Below are positions 41,688-50,324 of a stretch of 64,000 nt of DNA, in pieces. Below the pieces are notes generated by a model. It saw only the letters and a list, made by a program, of their open reading frames with translations. It was not told the origin of the DNA and made no database searches. The stretch comes from Alphaproteobacteria bacterium (GTDB taxonomy: Bacteria > Pseudomonadota > Alphaproteobacteria > Bin95). The stretch spans positions 4,550,146 to 4,614,145 of the forward strand of contig OZ244951.1 of assembly GCA_965222315.1 (NCBI GenBank), given 5' to 3'. A program made the translations under genes and the position numbers. The stretch's first letter is position 1. Each line of letters opens with the position of its first letter.

Positions 41688-42424
41688 GACAGGTCACCAT
41701 TACGTTCTGCCTGCTGTGGGCATGGCTCGCAGCCACGGCGGCGCACGCCACCGAGTTGGTCGCCGACCTTTCCCAGCACGAGATTAAGATATCCACCGGA
41801 TTCAGCGGCACCGACCTGCTGTTGTTCGGTGCTGCCGATCCGTCCGGCGATGTCGTGGTGGTGGTCAGTGGCCCGGATGCTCAGGCAATTGTCCGCAAGA
41901 AGGAGCGGATCAGCGGCCTTTGGATCAATGCCGACAGCGTGGCTTTCGACACGGTCCCTGGCTTCTACCACGTTTCCGCGACCGGCGGGCTTGCTGGCGA
42001 GAAGCTGGGAGAGGTCCTGAGCGAGACTGGCGTCGGCCTGCGTTACCAGAACCTGTCACCGACGACGGCGATGGCGCCCAACCGGGCCAACGAGTTCAGC
42101 GAGGCCCTACTGCGCCGCAAAGAAGCCCGTGGTCTCTATGTCTCCGAGCCCGGCAAGATTGAATTCGTCGGTGGCACCCTGTTCCGTGCCAGGGTTAGTT
42201 TCCCCGCAACCGTGCCGACGGGGGAATACCGCGTCGACGTGTATCATGTTAAGAATGAATGGGTGCAGTCGGTCACCACGATCCCGCTCAAAGTGGGCAA
42301 GGTCGGGATGGAGGAAGCGATCTTCCGCTTCGCTCACGACCAACCGGCGCTGTACGGATTGGTTGCCATCCTTGTTGCCGCCCTGTCAGGATATGGCGCT
42401 GGTATGCTGTTTGGACGACGATAG
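41684..42424 (+). CDS. TIGR02186-family conserved membrane protein
   Basis: LVADLSQHEIKISTGFSGTDLLLFGA, VRKKERISGLWIN, LFRA..FPA. The TTG start overlaps the tauE stop. Confidence 0.88.
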   Translation: MRQVTITFCLLWAWLAATAAHATELVADLSQHEIKISTGFSGTDLLLFGAADPSGDVVVVVSGPDAQAIVRKKERISGLWINADSVAFDTVPGFYHVSATGGLAGEKLGEVLSETGVGLRYQNLSPTTAMAPNRANEFSEALLRRKEARGLYVSEPGKIEFVGGTLFRARVSFPATVPTGEYRVDVYHVKNEWVQSVTTIPLKVGKVGMEEAIFRFAHDQPALYGLVAILVAALSGYGAGMLFGRR

Positions 42425-42937
42425 ATGAATGCCGACAAGACACCTCAATCCGGCGAGAGCCCGCGCATTGCGGCCGGCCGGACCTTGCTTTGCGTCCTCG
42501 ACGACACGCCCGAACTGTCGGTCGCCCTCCAGTTCGCGGCGCGCCGCGCCCACCGGACCGGCGCTCATGTGGGCATGCTGTATGTCATTGAGGATTCAAC
42601 GGATTTTCAGCACTGGTCCGCTATCGGCGACCTGATGCGGGCGGAGGCGAACGCCAAGGCGGAACAGGTGCTGACCCGCGGTGCGGAAGAGGTGGCCAAG
42701 TGGAATGACGAGCCGCCGATCTTCTATATCCGTGAAGGCAACCGCCGGGACCAGGTGATCGATCAGATCCAGGAAGACCCCAGCATTTCCTTCCTGATCC
42801 TGGGCGCAGCCACCGGCCGGGACGGACCCGGCCCGCTGGTCACGGGCCTGACCGGCCGCGCGGTCGGGCAATTGCACGTGCCCATCGTCATCGTGCCCGG
42901 CAACATGAAAGAGGAAGAGATCGCCTCGTTCGCGTGA
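42425..42937 (+). CDS. Universal stress protein
   Basis: LCVLDDTPE...ALQFAARRA, LILGAA...GPGPLV, PIVIVPG. Confidence 0.9.
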   Translation: MNADKTPQSGESPRIAAGRTLLCVLDDTPELSVALQFAARRAHRTGAHVGMLYVIEDSTDFQHWSAIGDLMRAEANAKAEQVLTRGAEEVAKWNDEPPIFYIREGNRRDQVIDQIQEDPSISFLILGAATGRDGPGPLVTGLTGRAVGQLHVPIVIVPGNMKEEEIASFA

Positions 42938-43143
42938 GTTCGGTGCGCGAGGCGCGCGTTTCCGGCACTATATTGCTCCATCCAACTACATACTCCATCC
43001 CTCCGGTTAAAGATCTTTCCGCGGCGCGATGGGTAGGCGTGCGTGTCTACCACGGCAAGCGCCACTCCGCGCCTTGCCCTCTGCGCGCCAGACGGTAGGA
43101 TGGAAATTCTTCCCTAGCCCGCCCGCTCACCGGACCATCCTTC

Positions 43144-46008
43144 ATGCTCGAATCCCTCGCCGGCCCGCCCGAGAAGGTGAACCTGTCGCCGACCGTCTCG
43201 GACGAGGTGAAGACGACCACCTGCTACATGTGCGCCTGCCGTTGCGGCATCAAAGTCCACCTGAAGGACGGCGGCATCCGCTTTATCGAGGGCAACAAGA
43301 AGCACCCGGTGAACAAGGGCGTGCTGTGTGCCAAGGGCTCGGCGGGCATCATGCAGCATTTCTCGCCCGCGCGCCTGACCAAGCCGTTGCGCCGGGTCGG
43401 CCCGCGCGGCGCCGGCGAGTTCGAGGAAATTTCCTGGGACGAGGCGCTGAAGACCGCCACCGGCTGGCTCTCGAAGATTCGGAACGAGGACCCGAAGAAG
43501 CTCGCCTTCTTCACCGGCCGCGACCAGAGCCAGTCGCTCACCGGCTTCTGGGCGCAACAGTTCGGCACGCCGAACTTCGCGGCGCATGGCGGCTTCTGCT
43601 CGGTCAACATGGCGGCGGGCGGCATCTACACCGTCGGCGGCTCGTTCTGGGAATTCGGCGAGCCCGACTGGGATCATACCAAGTACCTGATGATGTTCGG
43701 CGTTGCGGAGGATCACGATTCGAACCCGATCAAGGCGGGCCTCGGCAAGCTGAAGACCCGTGGCGCGAAGGTGGTGGCGGTCAATCCGGTTCGCACCGGC
43801 TATGCCGCCATCGCTGACGAATGGATCGGCATCCGGCCCGGCACGGACGGGCTGTTCGTGCTGGCCCTGGTGCATGAGTTGCTGAAGGCCGACAAGGTCG
43901 ATCTGGAATACCTGGCCCGCTACACCAACGCCACCTGGCTGGTCCGCGTCGCGCCGGGCGAGGCTGACGACGGCCTGTTCGTGCGGGATGAGGACGGCGC
44001 GCCGCTCGCCTGGGACCGCGCCGCGGAAGCGACCGTCAAGGCACAGAGCGCCGGCACCCAGCCCGCCATGGTGGGCGAGGTCATGCTGCCGGACGGGCGC
44101 AAGGCCGTGCCCAGCTTCCACCTGATGGCGGAGCGCTACCTGGCCGACGAATATTCCCCGGATGCGGTGGCGGAGCGTTGCGGCATCCCGGCGGACCAGA
44201 TCCGCTCCATCGCCGCCGAACTGGCCGATGTGGCGTTCGAGCAGACCGTGACGCTCGACATACCCTGGACCGATTGGACCGGCCGCCAGCATGACAAAAT
44301 GGTGGGCCGCCCGGTCGCCGTCCACGCCATGCGGGGCATCAGCGCCCACACCAATGGCTTCCACACCTGCCGCACGCTGCACCTGTTGCAGATGGTGCTG
44401 GGCGCCGTCGATACGCCCGGCAGCTTCCGCTACAAGCCGCCATTCCCGCGGCCCGCGCCGCCCGGCCCGAAGCCGGCCGGCAAGCCGGAGCATCTGGGGC
44501 CGAACCAGCCGATGCCGGGCCCGCCGCTGGGATTCACCGCCGGACCGGAAGACCTGCTGCTGGACGAGAATGGCGGGCCCATGCGCATCGACCATGCCTA
44601 TAGCTGGGAAGCACCGCTTTCCGCGCATGGCATGATGCACTCGGTCATCCGCAACGCCTGGGCGGGCAATCCGTACAAGATCGACACGCTGTTCATGTAC
44701 ATGGCGAACATGGGCTGGAACTCGTCGATGAATACGGACGAGACCATCAACATGCTGACCGACGTGGATGAAGCGACCGGCGAGTACAAGATCCCGCGCA
44801 TCATCTATTCCGACGCCTTCTGGTCGGAGACTATCGCCTATGCCGATCTGGTGCTGCCGGACACGACCTACCTGGAGCGCTGGGACGCCGTCTCCATCCT
44901 CGACCGGCCGATCTCCAGTGCCCACGGGCCGGCCGACGCGATCCGCCAGCCGGTAGTCAAGCCGGACCGCGACGTGCGGCCGTTCCAGGAAGTGGTGATC
45001 GACCTGGGCTACCGGCTCGGCCTGCCGGCGTTTACGAACGAGGATGGCACGGCCAAGTTCCCAGGCGGCTACCCCGACTACCTGACCAACCACACGCGCG
45101 GCGCGCCGGACATCGGGCCGTTGGCCGGCTTCCGCGGGCTCGACGGCAACGAGTATGGCCGCGGTGCGCCGAACCCGAATCAGTTGCAGGCCTATATCGA
45201 CAATGGCTGCTTTTGGAGCCACGAGCTGGACGAGAACCAGCTCTACTTCAAGCACGCGAACAAGGACTATCTGGAATGGTCGGCTGGCCTGGGATTCATC
45301 CCGAACGCCAACCCGATCGTCCTGCAAATCTATAGCGAGGCCTTGCAAAAGTTCCGGCTGGCAGGCCAGGGCCATGGCGAAATCGTGCCGCCCGAAGACC
45401 AGCGGGCCCGGATTGTGGAGTATTTCGATCCGCTGCCGGTCTGGTATGCGCCGTTCGAGGAAGCGGCGGTCCAGACCGACGAGTTCCCGCTGCACGCCAT
45501 CACCCAGCGTCCAGCGGCCATGTATCACTCCTGGGGCAGCCAGAACGCCTGGCTCCGCCAGATTCATGGCTCCAACCCGCTGTTCATCCCGCGCGCGCTC
45601 GGCGAGAAGCACGGCATTGCGGATGGCGATTGGGTGAGGCTGACCTCGCACAACGGCTCTATCGTCGCGACCGCCAAACTGATGGAAGGCGTTAACGCCA
45701 ACACGGTCTGGACCTGGAATGCCATCGGCAAGCGCAAGGGCGCCTGGAACCTGGAAGAAGACGCGCCGGAAGCGACTAAGGGCTTCCTGCTGAACCCGCT
45801 CATCAGCGATCTGCTGCCCGACCAAAAGACCGCCAACGCCGACCCGGTGACCGGCCAGGCCGCCTGGTACGACCTGCGCGTCCGGCTGGAGAAAGTCAGC
45901 GCGGCGGAGGCCGAAAACATGACCACCAGCCGCCACAGCGCGCTCAAACCGCCAAAAAGCGTGACGCCCCGGCCGGAGATCCTGCGCTACGGCAAGAAAC
46001 GGGCTTAG
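43144..46008 (+). CDS. soeA: Sulfite dehydrogenase molybdopterin subunit SoeA
   Basis: TTCYMCACRCGI, FFTGRDQSQSLTG, AAHGGFCSVNMA, HAMRGISAH, DPVTGQAAWYDLRV. No Tat signal. Confidence 0.9.
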   Translation: MLESLAGPPEKVNLSPTVSDEVKTTTCYMCACRCGIKVHLKDGGIRFIEGNKKHPVNKGVLCAKGSAGIMQHFSPARLTKPLRRVGPRGAGEFEEISWDEALKTATGWLSKIRNEDPKKLAFFTGRDQSQSLTGFWAQQFGTPNFAAHGGFCSVNMAAGGIYTVGGSFWEFGEPDWDHTKYLMMFGVAEDHDSNPIKAGLGKLKTRGAKVVAVNPVRTGYAAIADEWIGIRPGTDGLFVLALVHELLKADKVDLEYLARYTNATWLVRVAPGEADDGLFVRDEDGAPLAWDRAAEATVKAQSAGTQPAMVGEVMLPDGRKAVPSFHLMAERYLADEYSPDAVAERCGIPADQIRSIAAELADVAFEQTVTLDIPWTDWTGRQHDKMVGRPVAVHAMRGISAHTNGFHTCRTLHLLQMVLGAVDTPGSFRYKPPFPRPAPPGPKPAGKPEHLGPNQPMPGPPLGFTAGPEDLLLDENGGPMRIDHAYSWEAPLSAHGMMHSVIRNAWAGNPYKIDTLFMYMANMGWNSSMNTDETINMLTDVDEATGEYKIPRIIYSDAFWSETIAYADLVLPDTTYLERWDAVSILDRPISSAHGPADAIRQPVVKPDRDVRPFQEVVIDLGYRLGLPAFTNEDGTAKFPGGYPDYLTNHTRGAPDIGPLAGFRGLDGNEYGRGAPNPNQLQAYIDNGCFWSHELDENQLYFKHANKDYLEWSAGLGFIPNANPIVLQIYSEALQKFRLAGQGHGEIVPPEDQRARIVEYFDPLPVWYAPFEEAAVQTDEFPLHAITQRPAAMYHSWGSQNAWLRQIHGSNPLFIPRALGEKHGIADGDWVRLTSHNGSIVATAKLMEGVNANTVWTWNAIGKRKGAWNLEEDAPEATKGFLLNPLISDLLPDQKTANADPVTGQAAWYDLRVRLEKVSAAEAENMTTSRHSALKPPKSVTPRPEILRYGKKRA

Positions 46009-46044
46009 CAGCTTCAGCCATGCTGCTAACCACCAAGCACCATC

Positions 46045-46144
46045 TCATCCTGAGTAGCCGGCAACGCCGGCGTATCGAAGGGCACGCTATCGTGAATAGC
46101 CCCTTCGATACGTCCCGGAGTGCCTCCGGGCCTACTCAGGATGA
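46045..46144. repeat. Palindromic REP/RPE-like element between soeA and soeB
   Basis: TCATCCTGAGTAG...CGTATCGAAGGG / CCCTTCGATACG...CTACTCAGGATGA nested inverted repeats. Confidence 0.8.
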
Positions 46145-46176
46145 AACAGATTTTTGAGTTGGAAGATTAAGAAGCC

Positions 46177-46899
46177 ATGACCGCTCTCCCCACCTCCACC
46201 GGCACGAAACTCGGCCTGGTTATCGACCTGGACATTTGCGTCGGCTGCCACGCCTGCGCGGTGAACTGCAAGGAATGGAACACCGGCGGCCACTCCGCGC
46301 CATTGACGGACCAGGACCCCTACGGCGCCGCGCCGGACGGCGTCTGGTTCAACCGTGTCCACTCCTACGAAGCAGGCGAAGGTGCGAACGGGCGTACGGT
46401 GCACTTCCCCAAAAGCTGCCTGCATTGCGAGGACGCCGCCTGCGTCACTGTCTGCCCGACCGGCGCCAGCTACAAGCGCGAGGAAGACGGCATCGTGCTG
46501 GTGAATGCGGAGACCTGCATCGGCTGCAAGCTCTGCTCCTGGGCCTGCCCCTACGGTGCGCGTGAGTTCGATGTGGACGAGGGTGTCATGAAGAAATGTA
46601 CCCTCTGCGTCGACCGCATCTACAACGAGAACCTGGAAGAGGAAGAGCGGGTTCCCGCCTGCGTATCCACCTGCCCGGCGGGTGCGCGCCACTATGGCGA
46701 TCTGGGCGACCCGAACTCCGCGGTCTCCAAGTTGGTGGTCGAGCGCCTTGGCTACGACCTGATGCCGGAGCTTGGCTACAAGCCCACCAACAAATATCTG
46801 CCGCCGCGTGAGGCTTCCAGCCGCCACGCCGCCCTGCCGGAAGACAAGAGCAAGCCAACGGGTGTGCTCAAGTGGTTGGACCGGGTGTTGTCGGTCTAA
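46177..46899 (+). CDS. soeB: Sulfite dehydrogenase Fe-S subunit SoeB
   Basis: LVIDLDICVGCHACAVNCKEWN, CLHCEDAACVTVCP, CIGCKLCSWACPYG, KKCTLC. Confidence 0.9.
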   Translation: MTALPTSTGTKLGLVIDLDICVGCHACAVNCKEWNTGGHSAPLTDQDPYGAAPDGVWFNRVHSYEAGEGANGRTVHFPKSCLHCEDAACVTVCPTGASYKREEDGIVLVNAETCIGCKLCSWACPYGAREFDVDEGVMKKCTLCVDRIYNENLEEEERVPACVSTCPAGARHYGDLGDPNSAVSKLVVERLGYDLMPELGYKPTNKYLPPREASSRHAALPEDKSKPTGVLKWLDRVLSV

Positions 46900-46942
46900 A
46901 AAAGGCATCGCTGGGCAATTACCGGTTTGAGCGCAGCCTGAT

Positions 46943-46958
46943 CGGCATCATTTTTGCT
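46943..46958 (+). promoter_or_regulatory. Sigma54 (-24/-12) promoter of rutB
   Basis: CGGCAT-CATTT-TTGCT with GG-N10-GC spacing, about 50 nt upstream of rutB. Confidence 0.65.
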
Positions 46959-47009
46959 GGCTTCTTCGAGACATGCCCATGAGGCATCATCATCGAAGGA
47001 CACCGCGCC

Positions 47010-47744
47010 ATGACAGCCAAGCCAATCGCTCGCTCGGGCTATATGCCGGAGAAAAACCTGGGGCCCGCCGCTACCCTGCCCGCGCGGCCAGAGGGGCTGC
47101 TGCTTCGCCCCGCCGAAACCGCGCTCGTCATCGTCGATATGCAGAACGCCTATGCCTCCAAGGGCGGGTATATCGATCTTGCAGGCTTCGACGTATCCGG
47201 CGCACCAGCGGTCGTCGAACAGATCAAGCTGGCCAAGGCAGCGGCAAAGGCTGCTGGAATTCCAGTCATCTACTTCCAGAATGGCTGGGACGCCGACTAT
47301 GTGGAAGCCGGCGGCGAGGGTTCGCCAAATTGGTACAAGTCCAATGCCCTGAAAACCATGCGCGAGCGGCCGGAACTCTGGGGTAGTCTGCTAGCGAAAG
47401 GCGGTTGGGACTATGCGGTGATCGACGATCTGGTCCCGGGACCCGGCGACTTGGTCGTCCCAAAACCGCGCTACAGCGGCTTTTTCAACACCAATTTCGA
47501 TAGCTTGCTGCGAACAAAGGGTATCCGGAACCTGGTGTTTACAGGGGTTGCCACCAATGTCTGTGTCGAGTCATCGATCCGCGACGCCTTTTTTCTGGAG
47601 TATTTTTCCGTCGTGCTCGAAGACGCCGTCCTGCATGCCGGGCCCGACTTCGTGCGCCAAGCCTCCCTATTCAACATAGAGACGTTTTTTGGCTGGGTTT
47701 CGAGCGTCGCCGATTTCGCCGGGACGATTGCACAGGTCGAGTAA
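47010..47744 (+). CDS. rutB: RutB-like ureidoacrylate amidohydrolase (isochorismatase family)
   Basis: [54 protein letters not shown]. Confidence 0.9.
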   Translation: MTAKPIARSGYMPEKNLGPAATLPARPEGLLLRPAETALVIVDMQNAYASKGGYIDLAGFDVSGAPAVVEQIKLAKAAAKAAGIPVIYFQNGWDADYVEAGGEGSPNWYKSNALKTMRERPELWGSLLAKGGWDYAVIDDLVPGPGDLVVPKPRYSGFFNTNFDSLLRTKGIRNLVFTGVATNVCVESSIRDAFFLEYFSVVLEDAVLHAGPDFVRQASLFNIETFFGWVSSVADFAGTIAQVE

Positions 47745-47828
47745 CCCGTCTGGCTGATTCCGGGCGAAATACCCGTCAGCTAAAAAAACCGCGTGACACC
47801 GCCGCGCCGCGCCGCTAGCGTTCGGCCC

Positions 47829-47918
47829 ATGATCACCTTCCCCGCCTCCTCGGCCACCTATTTTTGGTACTTTAGCTATCCGGGCCACCAGGCGGACGGA
47901 GAGGGTCGTATGCGCTAA
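47829..47918 (+). CDS. Putative aromatic-amino-acid attenuator leader peptide (29 aa)
   Basis: MITFPASSATYFWYFSYPGHQADGEGRMR*. Six of seven consecutive codons are Tyr/Phe/Trp. Lies upstream of a terminator and the DAHP synthase. Confidence 0.8.
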   Translation: MITFPASSATYFWYFSYPGHQADGEGRMR

Positions 47919-47945
47919 AACCAGCAGCACAATCGAAACCGAACC

Positions 47946-47977
47946 AAACCGCCAGCTTTCTGGCGGTTTTGCTTTTT
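47946..47977 (+). terminator. Attenuator terminator upstream of the DAHP synthase
   Basis: AAACCGCCAG-CTTT-CTGGCGGTTT followed by TGCTTTTT, about 40 nt before the start codon. Confidence 0.82.
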
Positions 47978-48015
47978 CGGGCAGGTCGCCGGGAGCCTTA
48001 CAAAGGACCCAGACA

Positions 48016-49086
48016 ATGACTTTGCCTGCAAACGATACCGAAACTCCAAGCCTGACACCGCTTCGCTCACCCGGCGAACTTCGGGAGGCCGTGCCGGCGT
48101 CGCCATCCGCTCAAGCGACCGTCCAGACCGCACGGGCCGCCGCACGCGCCATCCTGTCCGGCCAGGATGACCGGCTTTTGGTGGTCGTCGGCCCCTGCTC
48201 GATCCACGACCCGGAAGCGGCGCTGGAATACGCTGCACTGATCCGAACGGCGCGGCACGAATTGGGCAGCCATCTTGAAATCGTCATGCGGACCTATTTC
48301 TCCAAGCCGCGCACGACAGTCGGGTGGAAAGGCCTGATCCATGATCCACTGCTCGACGGAGCCGGCGACATCAACCTGGGCCTGCGCAAGGCGCGGAAAC
48401 TGCTCGCAGAGATCCACGGCATGGGCGTCCCGGCCGGGACCGAGTACTTGGATACCATCGCGCCGGCCTACCTGGATGACCTAATCAGTTGGGCGGCAAT
48501 CGGCGCGCGAACGACAGAGAGCCAGGTTCACCGCGAACTGGCCTCGGGCGCGGCCTGTCCGATCGGGTTCAAGAACGGTACCAACGGCGACGTGCAGGTC
48601 GCCCTGCACGGGATCGAAGCGGCGGCGAGCCGACATCGCATAGTGTCGATTGGCGACGATGGCCGTGCCGTCATCATCGAGACGCCCGGCAATCCGGATT
48701 GTCACCTGATCCTGCGCGGCGGCGTCGAGCCGAACTACGCTGCCGCGTCGGTGGATGCTGCGTGCATTGCTGCCGCCCACAGCGGCCAGCGCGGCGCGGT
48801 CATGATCGATACGAGCCATGGCAATAGCCGCAAAAAGCCCGAAAACCAGCCCATCGTCTCGTCGGCGGTCGCGGATCAAGTCGCGGCTGGCGACCAGCGC
48901 ATTATCGGCTTGATGATCGAAAGCAATCTGGTTGCCGGTCAGCAAAGCATCGACGCCCGGCCGCTGCGCTATGGGCAAAGCGTGACCGACGGCTGTGTCG
49001 ATTGGCAAACGACAGAGGAGATGCTGCTCGATCTGGCAAATGCGGTGTCGCTCCGCCGTCAGGCAACGCAGCGGCTGGCTGGGTAG
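48016..49086 (+). CDS. Class I(alpha) DAHP synthase (AroF/G/H type)
   Basis: DDRLLVVVGPCSIHD, YFSKPRTTVGWKGLI, AIGARTTESQVHRELASG, SHGNSRK, YGQSVTDGC. Confidence 0.95.
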   Translation: MTLPANDTETPSLTPLRSPGELREAVPASPSAQATVQTARAAARAILSGQDDRLLVVVGPCSIHDPEAALEYAALIRTARHELGSHLEIVMRTYFSKPRTTVGWKGLIHDPLLDGAGDINLGLRKARKLLAEIHGMGVPAGTEYLDTIAPAYLDDLISWAAIGARTTESQVHRELASGAACPIGFKNGTNGDVQVALHGIEAAASRHRIVSIGDDGRAVIIETPGNPDCHLILRGGVEPNYAAASVDAACIAAAHSGQRGAVMIDTSHGNSRKKPENQPIVSSAVADQVAAGDQRIIGLMIESNLVAGQQSIDARPLRYGQSVTDGCVDWQTTEEMLLDLANAVSLRRQATQRLAG

Positions 49087-49177
49087 GCCCGGCACCCAAT
49101 AGCGGGCTGCCGTTTCGATACTTCCTAAGATCATCCATACCGGACAGAATGGTCGCCAACTGCTACGGAGACACTTC

Positions 49178-50281
49178 ATGACTTCCCTCAAGACCCCGCT
49201 CTGCGATCTGCTGGAAATCGAATATCCCATTGTCCTCGCGGGCATGGGCTCCTGGGGGATGGGTACGCCGCCGGCGCTGGTGGCGGCGGTTTCCAATGCG
49301 GGCGGGCTGGGGGTGCTCGGTTGCTCTAACCTCTCAGCCAAGGAAGTGGAGGAACGCATCCGTGAGGTCCGGCGGCTCACGGACAAGCCGTTCGGTGTCG
49401 ATCTCCTGCTCCCCGCCTCCCTGAAGCAGGCTCCCGGCTCCCGTGCTGCCGTGCGCCAGGAAATCCGCGACAACCACCCGGAACATTGGGCCTTCCTGGA
49501 AGAGCTGCACCGCCGTTTCGGCCTCCCCGAAAGGCCCTTCCAGCACGACCATGTCATTTCCGCCGAACTGATCGCCCAGCAAATCGAGGTGACCCTAAAC
49601 GAGCGCGTGCCGGTGTTCGCGGCGGGGTTGGGCGATCCTGCCATCGTCGTGCCGCGCGCCCGCGAGATCGGCATGAAGGTGATGGGCGTATGCGGCTCGC
49701 CGCGCAACGCAGTCCGGCAGGTCAAGGCGGGCGTCGACGCCATCATCGCTCAGGGTACGGAGGGCGGCGGCCATACCGGCCAGATCGCCAGCTTTGCTCT
49801 GCTACCCCAAGTGGTGGACGCAGCAGGCGATATCCCGGTGCTGGGCGCGGGCGGTATCAGTGATGGCCGGGGCGTGGCGGCGGCGCTGGCGCTGGGCGCG
49901 CAGGGGGTCTGGGTCGGAACGGCCTTTCTGGTCGCGGACGAGGGCGGCTTGCCCGATGCGTTGAAGGATCAGATTGTCGAGGCGTCGACCAGCGACATGC
50001 GCATTTCGCCCTACTGGACCGGCAAGACGGTGCGCGCGGTCCAGAACGATGTCGCCAAAGCCTGGGAAGAAAGCGGCCTGCCCTCGCTGCCAACCCCGCA
50101 CCAGCGTGTGCTGATGGAAGACTTCAAGGAAGCCGCCATGGCTGCCGGACGCTTTGAAATAACCATGAATGCGGGCGGGCAGGGAGCCGGAATGATCACC
50201 AGACGCCGGCCCGCCGCAGACATATTCAATGGTTTGATTGACACGACCCGCGAAACATTGGACCGTCTCGGACGCATATAA
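49178..50281 (+). CDS. Nitronate monooxygenase/FabK-like FMN enzyme
   Basis: YPIVLAGMG, AVSNAGGLG, AQGTEGGGHTG, AGGISDGRG. Confidence 0.88.
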   Translation: MTSLKTPLCDLLEIEYPIVLAGMGSWGMGTPPALVAAVSNAGGLGVLGCSNLSAKEVEERIREVRRLTDKPFGVDLLLPASLKQAPGSRAAVRQEIRDNHPEHWAFLEELHRRFGLPERPFQHDHVISAELIAQQIEVTLNERVPVFAAGLGDPAIVVPRAREIGMKVMGVCGSPRNAVRQVKAGVDAIIAQGTEGGGHTGQIASFALLPQVVDAAGDIPVLGAGGISDGRGVAAALALGAQGVWVGTAFLVADEGGLPDALKDQIVEASTSDMRISPYWTGKTVRAVQNDVAKAWEESGLPSLPTPHQRVLMEDFKEAAMAAGRFEITMNAGGQGAGMITRRRPAADIFNGLIDTTRETLDRLGRI

Positions 50282-50324
50282 AATCGGCGGACGAAGATTG
50301 TCATGCCGAACGGAGGTCAGAGCG

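Noticed and set aside
40976-42424. Apparent 482-aa protein
   Set aside because: The N-terminal half is an off-frame overlap with tauE. The real gene most likely starts at the TTG at 41684.
43114-45936. 940-aa - strand ORF
   Set aside because: Antisense shadow of soeA.
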